IMG/VR virus record: IMGVR_UViG_3300048911_000270
Coordinates: 1,064 to 65,063 of that record
Length of the DNA stretch: 64,000 nucleotides
Source: a virus
Reading direction: 5' to 3' (one strand)
The translations under genes and the position numbers were made by a program. Shown here in pieces: positions 19,501 through 28,698 of the stretch; the stretch's first letter is position 1, and every line of letters begins with the position of its first letter. The notes beneath the pieces are model-generated. The model was not told the DNA's origin. It was given only the letters and a program-made list of their open reading frames with translations, and searched no databases.

Positions 19501-21677
19501 TCAAGGCTGCGGGAGTACTCGTCCGTCTTCGCCAGCCACAGGTTCCCGTCCTCGTCCTTCATCAGCTTGCTGCCGTGGGAACCGAGCGTCTTGCCGGTGT
19601 ACGTCAGCTTGCCGACCGGCTTGAGAACCTTGCCGTCGTCGGCCGCGTCGACCTTCTTGACCGGAGCGGACGGAGCCTCGGCGGCCTTCTTGGTCGCGGC
19701 GGCGTCGGCCGCGTCACCGTGGTGCTGGACCAGGTTCTTGAACTTGTTGACGGCCCAGTCCTTGGGCTCGTCCTTGTCCTGCTCCGCCTTGAGGGCCTTC
19801 GCAGCCGCCTGACCGGCCGCCTGGTGGTCCTTGTGGTCCCCGGTGATCTCGGCGATGGACGACAGCGCGTTCGCCTTCATGGCGGGGCTGTCCGCCTTGT
19901 CGGCGAGTTCCGCGACCTTCTTGTAGTTCTCGATCGCCTTGTCTTTGTCCCCGGCCGTCAGGGCGTCGTCAGCGGCGTTGAACGCCTGCCCGGCCTGCTG
20001 GAGCGCCTGCGACTTCTCCGACTCGGCCTTGGCGGCAGCAGTGGCCTGCTCGCCGTGCTGGGTCGCCTTGGCCATGTGGCCCTGGGCGGCCTCCTTGTGG
20101 TCCGCCGCCAGGCCCTGGAAGCCCGCGTCCAAGGCGGCCTTCTCCGCGTTGGAGTGCAGCAGGGCCGCTTCCAGGTGCTTGGCGTTCAGCGTGTCGTCGC
20201 TGGCCTTGGCGTAGGTCGCCTCGTGCACCTCGGACGTCTTGGCGTGCGCCTTCTTGCCGTGGGCGTCGTACGCCTGCATCTTCGCGAGCGCTTCGGCGTT
20301 CTTCTTGTCGACCTCGGCGGCCTTGGCCTTGTACGAGGCGGCGTTCGCCTTGTGGTCCTCGGCCTCGTCGTGCAGACCGGCGGCCTTCGCAGCCTGGTGC
20401 GCCTTCTCGTACTTGGCGGCGGCGTCCTTGAACGCGGTCGACGCCGAACCCGAGTCCCCCAGCGCGTGGCCCTTGTTGGCGGCCTCGTCGGCGGCCTTGG
20501 CGTGCTTGGCGATCTCGGCCTGGGCCGCCTTCTGCTTGGCCTCGTGCTCGTCGTGCTGCTTCTGGAGCCCGGCCGCGATCTCCGCGTGCTTGGCCTCGTG
20601 CTGCTTGTGCTCGTTGACGGACTCGTCGTTGCCGATCTGCCCGTGCGCGTTCGCAGCCTGCCCGTGCGCCTGGGCGGCCTGGTTGTGCGCGTGCGCCTGC
20701 GCGGCCAGCGGGGTGTCACCCTCCTCGCTGGCAATCGACGCGCTCTTGGACTTCTTGTAGGCGCCGTCCGACATGGTGGCGGCGGCCTTGTCCAGTGAGT
20801 CGTGCGTCTTCTGCTGGTTCTCGGCGATCTTCTCGTGCTTGGCCACCGCTCCCGCGTGGGCCTCGCCGACGAACTTGTTCCCGGCCTCCTCGTTGGCGTG
20901 CTGCGCGTTCAGGTGCGCGGCAGCAGCCTTCGTGTGCAGCTCGGCGGCCTGCTTCGGCGTGTGGTTGCCGCCCTTGATCGAGGCGGTGAGTTCGTTCGCC
21001 TCGGCCGTGAGCTTGGTCGCCTTGGCCTTGGCGTCCGCCAGCTTCTTGGCCGCCGCAGCCTTCTCGGCCTCCAGCGCCTTGGCCGCGTCCTCCTTCGCAC
21101 CCTGCTCCAGCTTCGTCGCCTTCGAGGCGTGGATCGCGGAGTGCGCGGAGTGCGTGAGGACACCCGACTTCAGGCCGTCCTTGCCCATGCCCTGGAAGTG
21201 GTGGGCGGCGTCGGCGTGCTGAGTCGCCGCGACCTTGTGGGCCGCCGCCAGAACGGCCTTGGAAGCGCCGGACTCTTCGAGCTTGTGCACCATGTTGGTG
21301 GCGCGCTCGGCCTTCTGGACGGCTGCCTTCGCCGCTTCCTGCTTGGCCGCGACACCCGCCGCGCCCTTCTTGACCTCGGCCTCCCAGTCCGCCTTGGAGG
21401 CGTACCGGTTGACGGCCTTGAAGGAGATCTTGCCGTCGGCGCCCTTGACGAAGTGGCCGGTGGTGTGACCGCCGGAGATGTGGCCGTGCTGACGGGCGAG
21501 ACCGCCGCCGGACAGACCACGGGAGGGGATCAGGGGGTTGATCAAGATCCATCCGTGGCGGTATCTAAATGCAAGGGCGCCAGCGGGATTTTTCGAGAAA
21601 TCTAAGGTGTGAGCGTCAACAACCCTCACATTCTTAGGTAACACCCCGACGAACGCTAACTCATATTCCACGTTCAC
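16584..21677 (-). CDS. Giant head-cargo protein: His/Ala-rich region, HipA/PI3-4K-like kinase, four helical repeats, C-terminal ADP-ribosyltransferase
   Basis: Kinase: LWLAK...VLDYATGNQDSHNGQW...SIDQGQAF. ART (R-S-E): YTYTG...INGQLR...VTVRKM...YGSTA...EQEILLPRGTKYRV. Confidence 0.78.
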   Translation of the reverse strand: MNVEYELAFVGVLPKNVRVVDAHTLDFSKNPAGALAFRYRHGWILINPLIPSRGLSGGGLARQHGHISGGHTTGHFVKGADGKISFKAVNRYASKADWEAEVKKGAAGVAAKQEAAKAAVQKAERATNMVHKLEESGASKAVLAAAHKVAATQHADAAHHFQGMGKDGLKSGVLTHSAHSAIHASKATKLEQGAKEDAAKALEAEKAAAAKKLADAKAKATKLTAEANELTASIKGGNHTPKQAAELHTKAAAAHLNAQHANEEAGNKFVGEAHAGAVAKHEKIAENQQKTHDSLDKAAATMSDGAYKKSKSASIASEEGDTPLAAQAHAHNQAAQAHGQAANAHGQIGNDESVNEHKQHEAKHAEIAAGLQKQHDEHEAKQKAAQAEIAKHAKAADEAANKGHALGDSGSASTAFKDAAAKYEKAHQAAKAAGLHDEAEDHKANAASYKAKAAEVDKKNAEALAKMQAYDAHGKKAHAKTSEVHEATYAKASDDTLNAKHLEAALLHSNAEKAALDAGFQGLAADHKEAAQGHMAKATQHGEQATAAAKAESEKSQALQQAGQAFNAADDALTAGDKDKAIENYKKVAELADKADSPAMKANALSSIAEITGDHKDHQAAGQAAAKALKAEQDKDEPKDWAVNKFKNLVQHHGDAADAAATKKAAEAPSAPVKKVDAADDGKVLKPVGKLTYTGKTLGSHGSKLMKDEDGNLWLAKTDEYSRSLDPAVAALHRKVGLPTPVFVKTKDGHLQGMIPGAEDAFPGYKFNADMAAKMPPEDIMKMLQHQVLDYATGNQDSHNGQWIKSPSTGLMSIDQGQAFKYTVGASNGDPYKGDGGKSKGDPLTTYGPNAHSAVYPALWQAAKEGKIQLPDPSGDNEFAKTIKAIQDMPDEEFKRLFAPYAKQALASGHKFPGGVDTEEKFLDKIVAHKNSLGKDFQKLYDDLPDKGKQGAAPAQKAAKAADAPEAGSGGSAEKDAALKAIAEMMKIDDNDWNETDYKVAKSKALAAGATKAEITSVVKDPDAFLANSPSAPSPSAKDSGLSAKDAVIKTMAEKMASGEEWEPGEYTTLKQKAIDLGADPKEVIAAIQNPKAFLDKVSKSSAPTPAPQGLSEKEKALKALAAHEHDDNTADWNHQTSEKLENAAINAGATPDEIHAAYYKSDETLKALKAKESAAAPAEKKAPEADASAPAAPSGPKTDPFKPKAKWSKVEHGVKDADGNTHMSQGVAGPKNLVVHKALGGSGWSVTQADGMKMGSHKFKTQKEAKLAAEWMAKNYGGKNFTKEEFAKWKNENPQAFADFKQGVINKHWNTEAQAELDKQNNPATAAAAAAPSGTGSLSAKQAALKALAEHNLPQNSDHWDYDKSIDLKEAAEKAGASTLDIAQAQNSPKTYLKSQGLSPDVVTAPEVKYTGLGITKKANAVLLKKLYDQAHGPNATPAQIALYKQAKKDWDAHYSSPFDPASFDPAKAVPKGMTAAEAGDEDAVLAHTKTQFAGAHAAGYTAATNGVDIGNGWKPKGKASSAVYTYTGHEHSEINGQLRGHFDYDGTMITPPVGATGGDWDDTIKHMDDAFRQAPPLAHDLVTVRKMGTNGQFPDFPPPMDPGNVYQDLAYGSTAKDKNAFSGNVWMEVRIPKGHKVIDANYATGSKFSHEQEILLPRGTKYRVVSDQASPPDGTKPYSGKRYIVVEIVPTDEWD

Positions 21678-21693
21678 AAGCGGTTCGCTCCTT

Positions 21694-22191
21694 TCAGCGT
21701 GCCGTCTTCGAGCGGTAGTAAGAGCGGTCCGCTGTCCGCTTTGCTTCCAGTTCCTCGGGCGTCCAGGACGCCCGACGTGCGGCTGCCTTGTCCCTCATGC
21801 AGGCCAGGCAGTAGCGCCGGTTCTTCTTGTCCCGACGCGTGTTCTCCGGGGTGTACTCGTGCTGTTGAGGGCAGTGAGTCTTTCGACCGTTCCCGTTCTG
21901 GGTGCCCCGTGCTGCGTGCATGCGACGCTTGTTCTCTTCTGGTGTCACCCATTCGAGGCAGTCCGGATTTACACAGTTGCGGACCCTGCACAGGTGATCC
22001 GGCTCCAGCCCTTCCGGGCAAGGACCGACCAGCAGTTCCCAGACCAGCCGGTGAACCCGCCAAATCTTCAGCTTCCACGTCACCACGGCGTAGCCCGATT
22101 TGCTGGTATCTCCTGTCCAGCGCCAGCAGATCCCATCGGGTTCTACTCGCGCCCACAGTCGTTCCTCGCGCTGAGCATCCGTCACCATCAT
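21694..22191 (-). CDS. HNH homing endonuclease
   Basis: CWRWTG...GYA...VHRLVWE...DHLCRVRNCVNPDCLEWVTPEEN; KTHCPQQHEY; TATACT 6 nt before ATG 22191 suggests a leaderless transcript. Confidence 0.88.
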   Translation of the reverse strand: MMVTDAQREERLWARVEPDGICWRWTGDTSKSGYAVVTWKLKIWRVHRLVWELLVGPCPEGLEPDHLCRVRNCVNPDCLEWVTPEENKRRMHAARGTQNGNGRKTHCPQQHEYTPENTRRDKKNRRYCLACMRDKAAARRASWTPEELEAKRTADRSYYRSKTAR

Positions 22192-22230
22192 GAGATAAGT
22201 ATACCTCATGATGATAGCGGAAAGCGCAGG

Positions 22231-24123
22231 TCAGAGGCACTTTTTGCCCTTCTGACGCCGCTTCTTCTGCGCCTTGATCGCCGCATCCGCCAGGTAGCGC
22301 TTCGGATACTTCGTGGTCAGGCTGTTGACTGTGAGCCGTGCCCCGTCCTGGGAACTCCCGGTGGGTACGGTGACCTGCTCCGATGCCATGGGCTGGGACA
22401 GGTTGACGTTGTTGCGGAGGTTGTCCTTGATCTCTTCCTGCTGGGCCTCGTAGTGGTCCAGCAGCCGGACCTGGGTCGGGGTTAGCGGCCGACCGGCCTT
22501 CTTGTCCGCGAGGGCCTGACGGGTGGCGTCGGAGATCAGCTTCTGCTTGGCCTTGGCCTTCGCCGCCTTCTCCTTCGCCGCCTGCTTCTGCGCCCGGAGC
22601 TTGGCCACCTCCGCCTTCTTCTTGGCCATCTCCTTGGCGTGCGCGGCCTTCTTGGCGGCAGCCGCCTTGGCCCGCGCCGCCCGCTTGGCCTCGGCCTCGT
22701 GGTGCTTCTTGGCGGAAGCGGCCTTCTTCGATGCCTTCTTGGCGTCGGCGGTGGCCTTGTTCTTGTACGCCTGGGCGATGGCCGCCTTGGTGGCGTCGGT
22801 GTGACCGGTCATGTCCTTGATCTCCTGCGCAGACTTGTCTTTCTGCGAGGGACCGACGGGGTTGCCGTTCTTGTCGACGGGGACCCAGTTGTGTTTCCAG
22901 CCGACGGCGCCCGGGGGGAGCTGGTGCTTGCCGTGCGGGTTGTCCTTCGGCTTCTTGTCCTTGGCCTTCGGCTTGTGCGCCTTCTCCGGCCGGGGGCCGG
23001 AGGATCCCGCGATATCCGCCGGGACGGCCAGGTCGATCGCAGAGGAGCCGTCCAGGACGGCTCGCAGGAACGTCATCGGCTGGGACAACGTCACCTCCTC
23101 CCCCGGGTCGGATGCTGCGTGGGTAACGGTGACCACGGGGAACTCTCCTTCGTGTGAGACGTGTGTGACGTGCAGGCGGGTGCCGCGCGGCAGGACGGTT
23201 TCGTCTCCCCGGACGGGGATGATCGGGGCGCCCTTGCGGCCTTGGATGCGGAAGAGAACCTTTTTGCCGGTCTCGTGTCCGCGTTCGTGCATGTAGTACT
23301 CCGCCACGTCCCGGGAGAACGCGGCGGATCCGTAGCCCTTGTCGTGCAGGACGGAGCCGGGCGTGAGCGCGGCGATCTGGTCGTCGGTGAGGGAGGCCCC
23401 GCGCCACAGGTCGGCGTCCCGGCTCAGGGACGCCTTGGCGGCCACCGAGTCGAGTCCCTTGTTACGGGCCTCCTCCTCGGCGTCCAGGGCTTCCCCGTTG
23501 CGCAGCTTGCGGTTGATCCGCAGCGTGTCCTTGTCGAAGGCCACGTAGTCGTTGACGGCCGCGTGGTCACTCTTGCCCAGAACGGCTTCCCGCAGATGGG
23601 TGTTGCCGCCCGGCAGGGAGTCTGTGTCGGCGTCCGATACGGCCTTGCCGTGCACGGCGACGTTGGCCCAACTGCCCTTGTGGTCAACGGTCGGGTAGGG
23701 GCGGTCTTCGCCCTCTTCCTCTTCGGCCATGGCCAGCAGAGCCTTCATGGCGTCCATGGCCGACCACTTGCCGTCCGGGGTGCGGGGCTCGTCGGGGTTG
23801 AAGTTCGCCAGCTTGACCGTACGGCCCTTGTTCGGTGTCGCGTGGGCCCTGGCCTTGGAGGCTTCCCAGTCGGCCAGGGCGGCGGATGCGGCAGCGCGTA
23901 CTTCGGGGCGGACGTTGCCGCGCCCGGAGGCCCAGTTTTTGATGGTGCCGAGGGCCGTGGCGATGGCCCGGGACTTGTCCATGCCCCGCTTGGTCATCAG
24001 GCTGTGCGCGATGTTTTGCACGTACGGCGGAAGGCTCAGGGAGCGGTCCCCGAAGAGACCGGGTCCTCCCGGCTTCCCGAGCGGGTGCGGTGTGACCGCT
24101 AACGCCGCTGTCTCGGCACTCAT
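22231..24123 (-). CDS. Head-cargo protein with central ADP-ribosyltransferase domain
   Basis: FNPDEPRTPDGKW motif; ART: VNDYV...INRKLR...LWRG...HDKGYGSAA...DETVLPRGTRLHV; Lys/Ala-rich C-terminus. Confidence 0.72.
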   Translation of the reverse strand: MSAETAALAVTPHPLGKPGGPGLFGDRSLSLPPYVQNIAHSLMTKRGMDKSRAIATALGTIKNWASGRGNVRPEVRAAASAALADWEASKARAHATPNKGRTVKLANFNPDEPRTPDGKWSAMDAMKALLAMAEEEEGEDRPYPTVDHKGSWANVAVHGKAVSDADTDSLPGGNTHLREAVLGKSDHAAVNDYVAFDKDTLRINRKLRNGEALDAEEEARNKGLDSVAAKASLSRDADLWRGASLTDDQIAALTPGSVLHDKGYGSAAFSRDVAEYYMHERGHETGKKVLFRIQGRKGAPIIPVRGDETVLPRGTRLHVTHVSHEGEFPVVTVTHAASDPGEEVTLSQPMTFLRAVLDGSSAIDLAVPADIAGSSGPRPEKAHKPKAKDKKPKDNPHGKHQLPPGAVGWKHNWVPVDKNGNPVGPSQKDKSAQEIKDMTGHTDATKAAIAQAYKNKATADAKKASKKAASAKKHHEAEAKRAARAKAAAAKKAAHAKEMAKKKAEVAKLRAQKQAAKEKAAKAKAKQKLISDATRQALADKKAGRPLTPTQVRLLDHYEAQQEEIKDNLRNNVNLSQPMASEQVTVPTGSSQDGARLTVNSLTTKYPKRYLADAAIKAQKKRRQKGKKCL

Positions 24124-24150
24124 TCTGTCTACCTCGCCGTGCCGGTCAGG

Positions 24151-24474
24151 TCAGTGGAATGCGGCGATCTTGATGGTCGCCACGGACGCGGTGACCTTGA
24201 CGGTGTCTCCGGTGACGGAGTACGGGAAGTCCGCCGGGGCCAGGAGGTAGAACGTGCTCGCGGAGAGCGTGTAGACCTTGTCGGGCACGACCAGGCCGGT
24301 CGGCATGGTCACGTTGGACTTGACGGTGAGCGTGCCCCCGGCGGTGCCGCCATCGACGTACAGCCAGGTCTGGCCGTCGTTCTGGAAGGTGTTGCCGGTG
24401 ATGTCGGCGACGGCGGTGGCGATGGTCGCCAGGCCGACGGCCGAAGCAGAAACGACGTTTAACGCAGTAGCCAT
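24151..24474 (-). CDS. Small beta-rich virion protein
   Basis: 107 aa; GNTFQNDGQTWLYV; RBS GAGGGAG; head module. Confidence 0.6.
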   Translation of the reverse strand: MATALNVVSASAVGLATIATAVADITGNTFQNDGQTWLYVDGGTAGGTLTVKSNVTMPTGLVVPDKVYTLSASTFYLLAPADFPYSVTGDTVKVTASVATIKIAAFH

Positions 24475-24566
24475 TAGGGGTCTCCCTCACGCGAGTTTTC
24501 AGGCAGGCATGCCGGATACCAAACTACCCGTTTATCCGTCAATAAGGGAGGCTAGTACACGTCGAG

Positions 24567-25187
24567 CTATTTCCTTCTCAGATGTTCCGGAAGGGCCGTC
24601 ACCACTGGTTTTCCTTCGTAGGCGGGAAGGGGGTAGCAGCGGCAGCGCGGGTGTCTTCCTCCGGGGTGCAGTCCTTCCGGGGGTGTGCTCGCGGAGTAGT
24701 TCTTTCCGATAAGCCACCGACAGTCGGGGGTGGTGTTGTCGTCCAGAATTCCGCCCCAGCCGAGAGTGTCGCTGGATGTGGTGGTCTGCATGTTCACGGA
24801 GCCCTTGGCGGCGGCTATCCGGCGGGCGCACGCCTGTTGGTGCTGGGCGAACAGAGCCTTCTCCCGGGCGAGGGCTTTGCCCAGGTCAGGGGCGTCTGCG
24901 AGGCGTCGGACGGCTGCGGCGAGGTAGGCGGCCCGGTAGCGCATGTTCTCCCGGCGGGCTGCGGCGACGGGGTCCGTGCCTTTTGCGAGGGCCTTCTTAC
25001 CGGGCTTGTACTTCATCGCGGCGAGGATCCCGAGGACGAGCTTTTTCGGGGTTTTCAGCACAGCGGAAATAGCCTGTATTGCGGCGATGAGAGGAGGTCC
25101 CGCCAATAACACGGCGAGAACAGCCGCGATCTCGGCATCGTGCTGAGAAGGGGCCTTTTGGGCTATTTGCTGGTCTTGCTCGTCCAT
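24567..25187 (-). CDS. MuF-like head morphogenesis protein
   Basis: WGGILDDNTTPDCRWL...HPGGRHPRCRC; directly after portal. Confidence 0.8.
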   Translation of the reverse strand: MDEQDQQIAQKAPSQHDAEIAAVLAVLLAGPPLIAAIQAISAVLKTPKKLVLGILAAMKYKPGKKALAKGTDPVAAARRENMRYRAAYLAAAVRRLADAPDLGKALAREKALFAQHQQACARRIAAAKGSVNMQTTTSSDTLGWGGILDDNTTPDCRWLIGKNYSASTPPEGLHPGGRHPRCRCYPLPAYEGKPVVTALPEHLRRK

Positions 25188-25275
25188 GCGCTCTCCCGGT
25201 AACATCCGTTTCGGGTGGTTGGGTGATCGAACCCCCGCTAGTCGAAGCACTGCTCCTAGCGGGGGTTCGGTTTTT

Positions 25276-26856
25276 TTATTTGCCCTTCCCGGCACCCTGA
25301 CTACCGGTGGAACCCTTTGCCGCAGCGGCCTTCTGCTGGACCATCTTCGCGGCCTTGTTGATGCTCGCCCCGGCCTTCGCCAGCTCCGCCTTGCGCTGCA
25401 CGTTCGCAGCCCCCACGGCCGCGCCCGACTGCGGGCCGCCCTGGGCCGCGAGCTGCTTCTGCGCGTCCAGACCCGTGCGCTTGGTCTCCAGCTCCAGGTC
25501 CATGCGCTCGTCAATGCGGTCGGCGAGCTGCTTGAACTCCTGGTTGACCTCTTCCATCGGCATGTCGAGGTAGGTCCCCATCATGCGGGTCAGCTCCGTC
25601 ATGAACGCCTGGGGGACGCGGAGTTCGGTCGGGGTCGTGCCGAACGCCGTCAGCAGCTCCTTGACGACGGTCAGGTCACCCTCGGACAGCGGCCCGAACT
25701 CGAACGTCGGGCAGACCGCGCCGGGGCCGAAGTTGTACATGACCAGGTCGGCGATCACGTAGTTCGTGATCGATTCGGCCAGCTCCCGCGCGGTGCCCGT
25801 CAGGGACTGGAGGAAGAAGTCGCTCTGGTCCTTGGACAGGGCGTACGAACCGCCGGGGCTGTCGGGCAGGTTGGTGAACCCGGCCAGCACGGACGCGGCC
25901 ATCTGGTTGTCCAGGTAGTCGATGAACTCCTTGAACAGGGCGGCGGCCCCGGTGCCCAGCTCCAGCGTGCTGATGTCCGTCTCGGTCGACGTGCCCAGCA
26001 CACCGCCGTTCTTCAGGTGCCGCAGCGCCTGCGCGTACTGCCGGGCCCGGGTCTCGTCCTCGGCCCGCACGACGTACCGGCCGGTGGCGTTGGCCTCCAG
26101 GAACGTCGCCCAGAGGAACAGCACCTTCTGCTTCTTGTCGTGGAGCCAGTAGATCAGCTCCATGTCGGAGTGACCGCGCGCGGCGTTGATGTGCTGGTTG
26201 TTCAGGTGCACCCAGGCGTACTGGGCGGGGATGTCCACCCAGATGTCCGGCCAGATCTCCCCGCCGACCGACACCGGGCGCTGCCGGAAGCCCCGGAACG
26301 CGCCGGACTTGGGGTCGCGGGCGATGGCCGTGGTGGGTGAGGGGCGGAACGCCAGCCGGTCGTAGACGACCTTGCCGTCCTTGTCGGTGAAGACCTTCTC
26401 GAAGCAGGCCTTGCGGTAGGTACGCGCGGAGAGAGCCTGCGCGATGACCAGGCGCATCGGGGTCTTCATGCCGCCCTGGTTCGCCGGGGTCGTCAGCGCC
26501 TTGGTGACGAACTCGGCCTCGCCCTTGTCCCCCGGTCCGGCGACGATCTTCCACGGCGCGGAGCGGATCGGGAGGGTGAGCACCTGCTGGATCGTGCGGG
26601 CCTTGCCGTCCTTGGCGAGCATTTCGTCAAGGGACAGCGACCCCCATTCGTCCTCGTCCAGGAGAATGCGGCCGGGGATACCGGACCACGATGCGACATA
26701 AGCGTCGGTTGTGGTGAAAAGGCTACCGGCCTCCGTGTCAAGAACGACGTCGGGAGCCCCCTTCACCGTCTTGGTCGGTGCGGCCTTTTCAGGCGCGTTA
26801 CCCGACGCGTAAAAGGGTGCCGATAACGGCACATCGCCAGCCTGCTCTGCGCCCAC
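25276..26856 (-). CDS. Portal protein (Mu gp29/DUF935-like)
   Basis: 526 aa; QQVLTLPIRSAPW...ARGHSDMELIY...DNQMAASVLAGF...GSYALS; follows terminase. Confidence 0.88.
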   Translation of the reverse strand: MGAEQAGDVPLSAPFYASGNAPEKAAPTKTVKGAPDVVLDTEAGSLFTTTDAYVASWSGIPGRILLDEDEWGSLSLDEMLAKDGKARTIQQVLTLPIRSAPWKIVAGPGDKGEAEFVTKALTTPANQGGMKTPMRLVIAQALSARTYRKACFEKVFTDKDGKVVYDRLAFRPSPTTAIARDPKSGAFRGFRQRPVSVGGEIWPDIWVDIPAQYAWVHLNNQHINAARGHSDMELIYWLHDKKQKVLFLWATFLEANATGRYVVRAEDETRARQYAQALRHLKNGGVLGTSTETDISTLELGTGAAALFKEFIDYLDNQMAASVLAGFTNLPDSPGGSYALSKDQSDFFLQSLTGTARELAESITNYVIADLVMYNFGPGAVCPTFEFGPLSEGDLTVVKELLTAFGTTPTELRVPQAFMTELTRMMGTYLDMPMEEVNQEFKQLADRIDERMDLELETKRTGLDAQKQLAAQGGPQSGAAVGAANVQRKAELAKAGASINKAAKMVQQKAAAAKGSTGSQGAGKGK

Positions 26857-26914
26857 GGCACTCCCCTACTCCTGCGTATCTATCCGGCTTATGCTAACAT
26901 TCGCGATTTTTGCG

Positions 26915-28621
26915 CTACCAGCCCGCGAGTTCCATATCCGAGGAGGAATCCCACTTCTCCACGACGGTCTCGGTATCGACGGGCGGGGCGTACCTCTCGT
27001 CCGGGTCCTTCCATCCGGAGTCCTTCATCTCCTCGGCGCTCTGCACGACCGAGGGGAGCCAGAAGGCGTGGATGATGGCGTCCGCGCGGTCGGTGGACCG
27101 GCCCAGACGCTTCTTGATGTCATCCTTCTTTTCGATCTTGTACTTCGGGGTACCGGGCTGCGTGTCGAAGCGCGGGCAGGTCAGCTCCGCCAGCAGCTTT
27201 TCGTCCCTCGGGAACGCGATCGTCGCCCCGCCCCGGCGCGCCGGATTCAACAGCTCCCGCAGGTTCCACCAGGCCGCCGCACGGTCGTTGACGAACCCCA
27301 TCTTCTTGGTGGTGTCCTTGCGCCCGGAGTTCGCCGCCGCGATGAACGCGTACGTGTCCTGAGAGTCGCGGCGCAGCTTGGCCACCACGCCGGAACCCAC
27401 ACCGATGCCGTCCACGATGTACTTCGCGTTCGTCGGGGCGCCGTGCTTGACCGCGATCTGCTGAAGGTCGTCGGCCGTGGTCAACGGGTCCTTGGAGGGG
27501 AACGCCAGCAGCTCGCGGACCACGTCGCCCTGACGGACCGCAGCCGTCGTCTCGTCCTCGCCGCCGTCGGAGATGTCCGCGCCGATGACGATGTCACCGG
27601 GCTGCTGCTGCTTCGGCTCGACCAGGCAGACCGGCTCCTCGGTGTCCGGGTCGATGATGTACGTGCCGTCCCGCCAGCGCTCCCAGCGGGCCATGGCAGC
27701 CTCGGCCCAGGCCAGCGGGATGACGCCCTCGGAGGACGTCTCGGGGAACAGGGCCCGCACCTTGGACATGAACAGGGAACTGTCGGCGCCCCAGCCGACC
27801 ATCGACTCGTAGACCCAGGTCGGGCCGACCAGCGTCTTCTGGAGCGTCGGGGAGACCTCTTCGGTGGAGAAGGGGATGCCCTCCGCCTTCATGTACTCCA
27901 CCAGCTTGGGATACCGGGAGCATGCCTCCTCGGTCATCAGCGGGCTGCGTAAGGCGTCGATGCGGATCTTGTTCCACTTCTCGCCGAGCGGAGACTCCGG
28001 GTTGCACACGGAGCGGAAGTGGGAGCCCGGGTCGGTGGGGTTCCCGATGGCCAGCACGCGGGAGGACTCGTTGGTGACCAGGGAGTCGACGGCGTCCCAG
28101 ATGGACCGGTCGACGCCGCACGCCTCATCGATCACGACCAAGATCTTTTCGGCGTGGAAACCCTGGAACGCGGAGTCTTCCTTGTCCGGGGGCTTCTGGC
28201 CGATACCGACCAGCTCGCCGTTGATCTTCCACGAGGGGATCGGGGAGGACAGGATCTGACCGGGGATGGGGAAGCCGCGTTCGGCCGCGAGGTTGTGGGC
28301 GCGCTGGATGTAGCGCCACAGGATGGAGGCCACCTGGCGGGCTGTGGGCGCCGTGGTGACGAGGAAGACCTCGTTCATGGGGATGGTGGCGATCCACCAG
28401 GCTGCGAGCCGGGATGCGAGGTGGGACTTGCCTGCGGCGTGACAGGACTGGACGGCTGTGAATCGGTGGTCCCGGACGGATTCGCAGATCTGTGTCTGCA
28501 TGGACCACATGTCCTCGCCGAGGACGTCGTTAACCCAGCGGGCGGGATTGCGGTGGTCGTCCTTTTTGGCCTGTAACTCGTAGAGAACGGCAAGCCTGTC
28601 CGCCCATGCGCTACCTGCCAC
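26915..28621 (-). CDS. terL: Terminase large subunit
   Basis: TAVQSCHAAGKS Walker A-like, LVVIDEA Walker B, LAIGNP, nuclease IGADIS...VDGIGVG...STDRADA. Confidence 0.93.
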   Translation of the reverse strand: MAGSAWADRLAVLYELQAKKDDHRNPARWVNDVLGEDMWSMQTQICESVRDHRFTAVQSCHAAGKSHLASRLAAWWIATIPMNEVFLVTTAPTARQVASILWRYIQRAHNLAAERGFPIPGQILSSPIPSWKINGELVGIGQKPPDKEDSAFQGFHAEKILVVIDEACGVDRSIWDAVDSLVTNESSRVLAIGNPTDPGSHFRSVCNPESPLGEKWNKIRIDALRSPLMTEEACSRYPKLVEYMKAEGIPFSTEEVSPTLQKTLVGPTWVYESMVGWGADSSLFMSKVRALFPETSSEGVIPLAWAEAAMARWERWRDGTYIIDPDTEEPVCLVEPKQQQPGDIVIGADISDGGEDETTAAVRQGDVVRELLAFPSKDPLTTADDLQQIAVKHGAPTNAKYIVDGIGVGSGVVAKLRRDSQDTYAFIAAANSGRKDTTKKMGFVNDRAAAWWNLRELLNPARRGGATIAFPRDEKLLAELTCPRFDTQPGTPKYKIEKKDDIKKRLGRSTDRADAIIHAFWLPSVVQSAEEMKDSGWKDPDERYAPPVDTETVVEKWDSSSDMELAGW

Positions 28622-28698
28622 ACCCGCCCCTTTTCCCCGCTAAATCCGACCCTTGTACACGCATTGTACGGAAAGATCCAGCGGGGAAAACAGGTGAG

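Noticed and set aside
16482-20798. 1438 aa plus-strand ORF (likewise 14379-16214 minus, 35335-36465 minus and many others in the track)
   Set aside because: Shadows of real genes on the opposite strand; no recognisable motifs or RBS.
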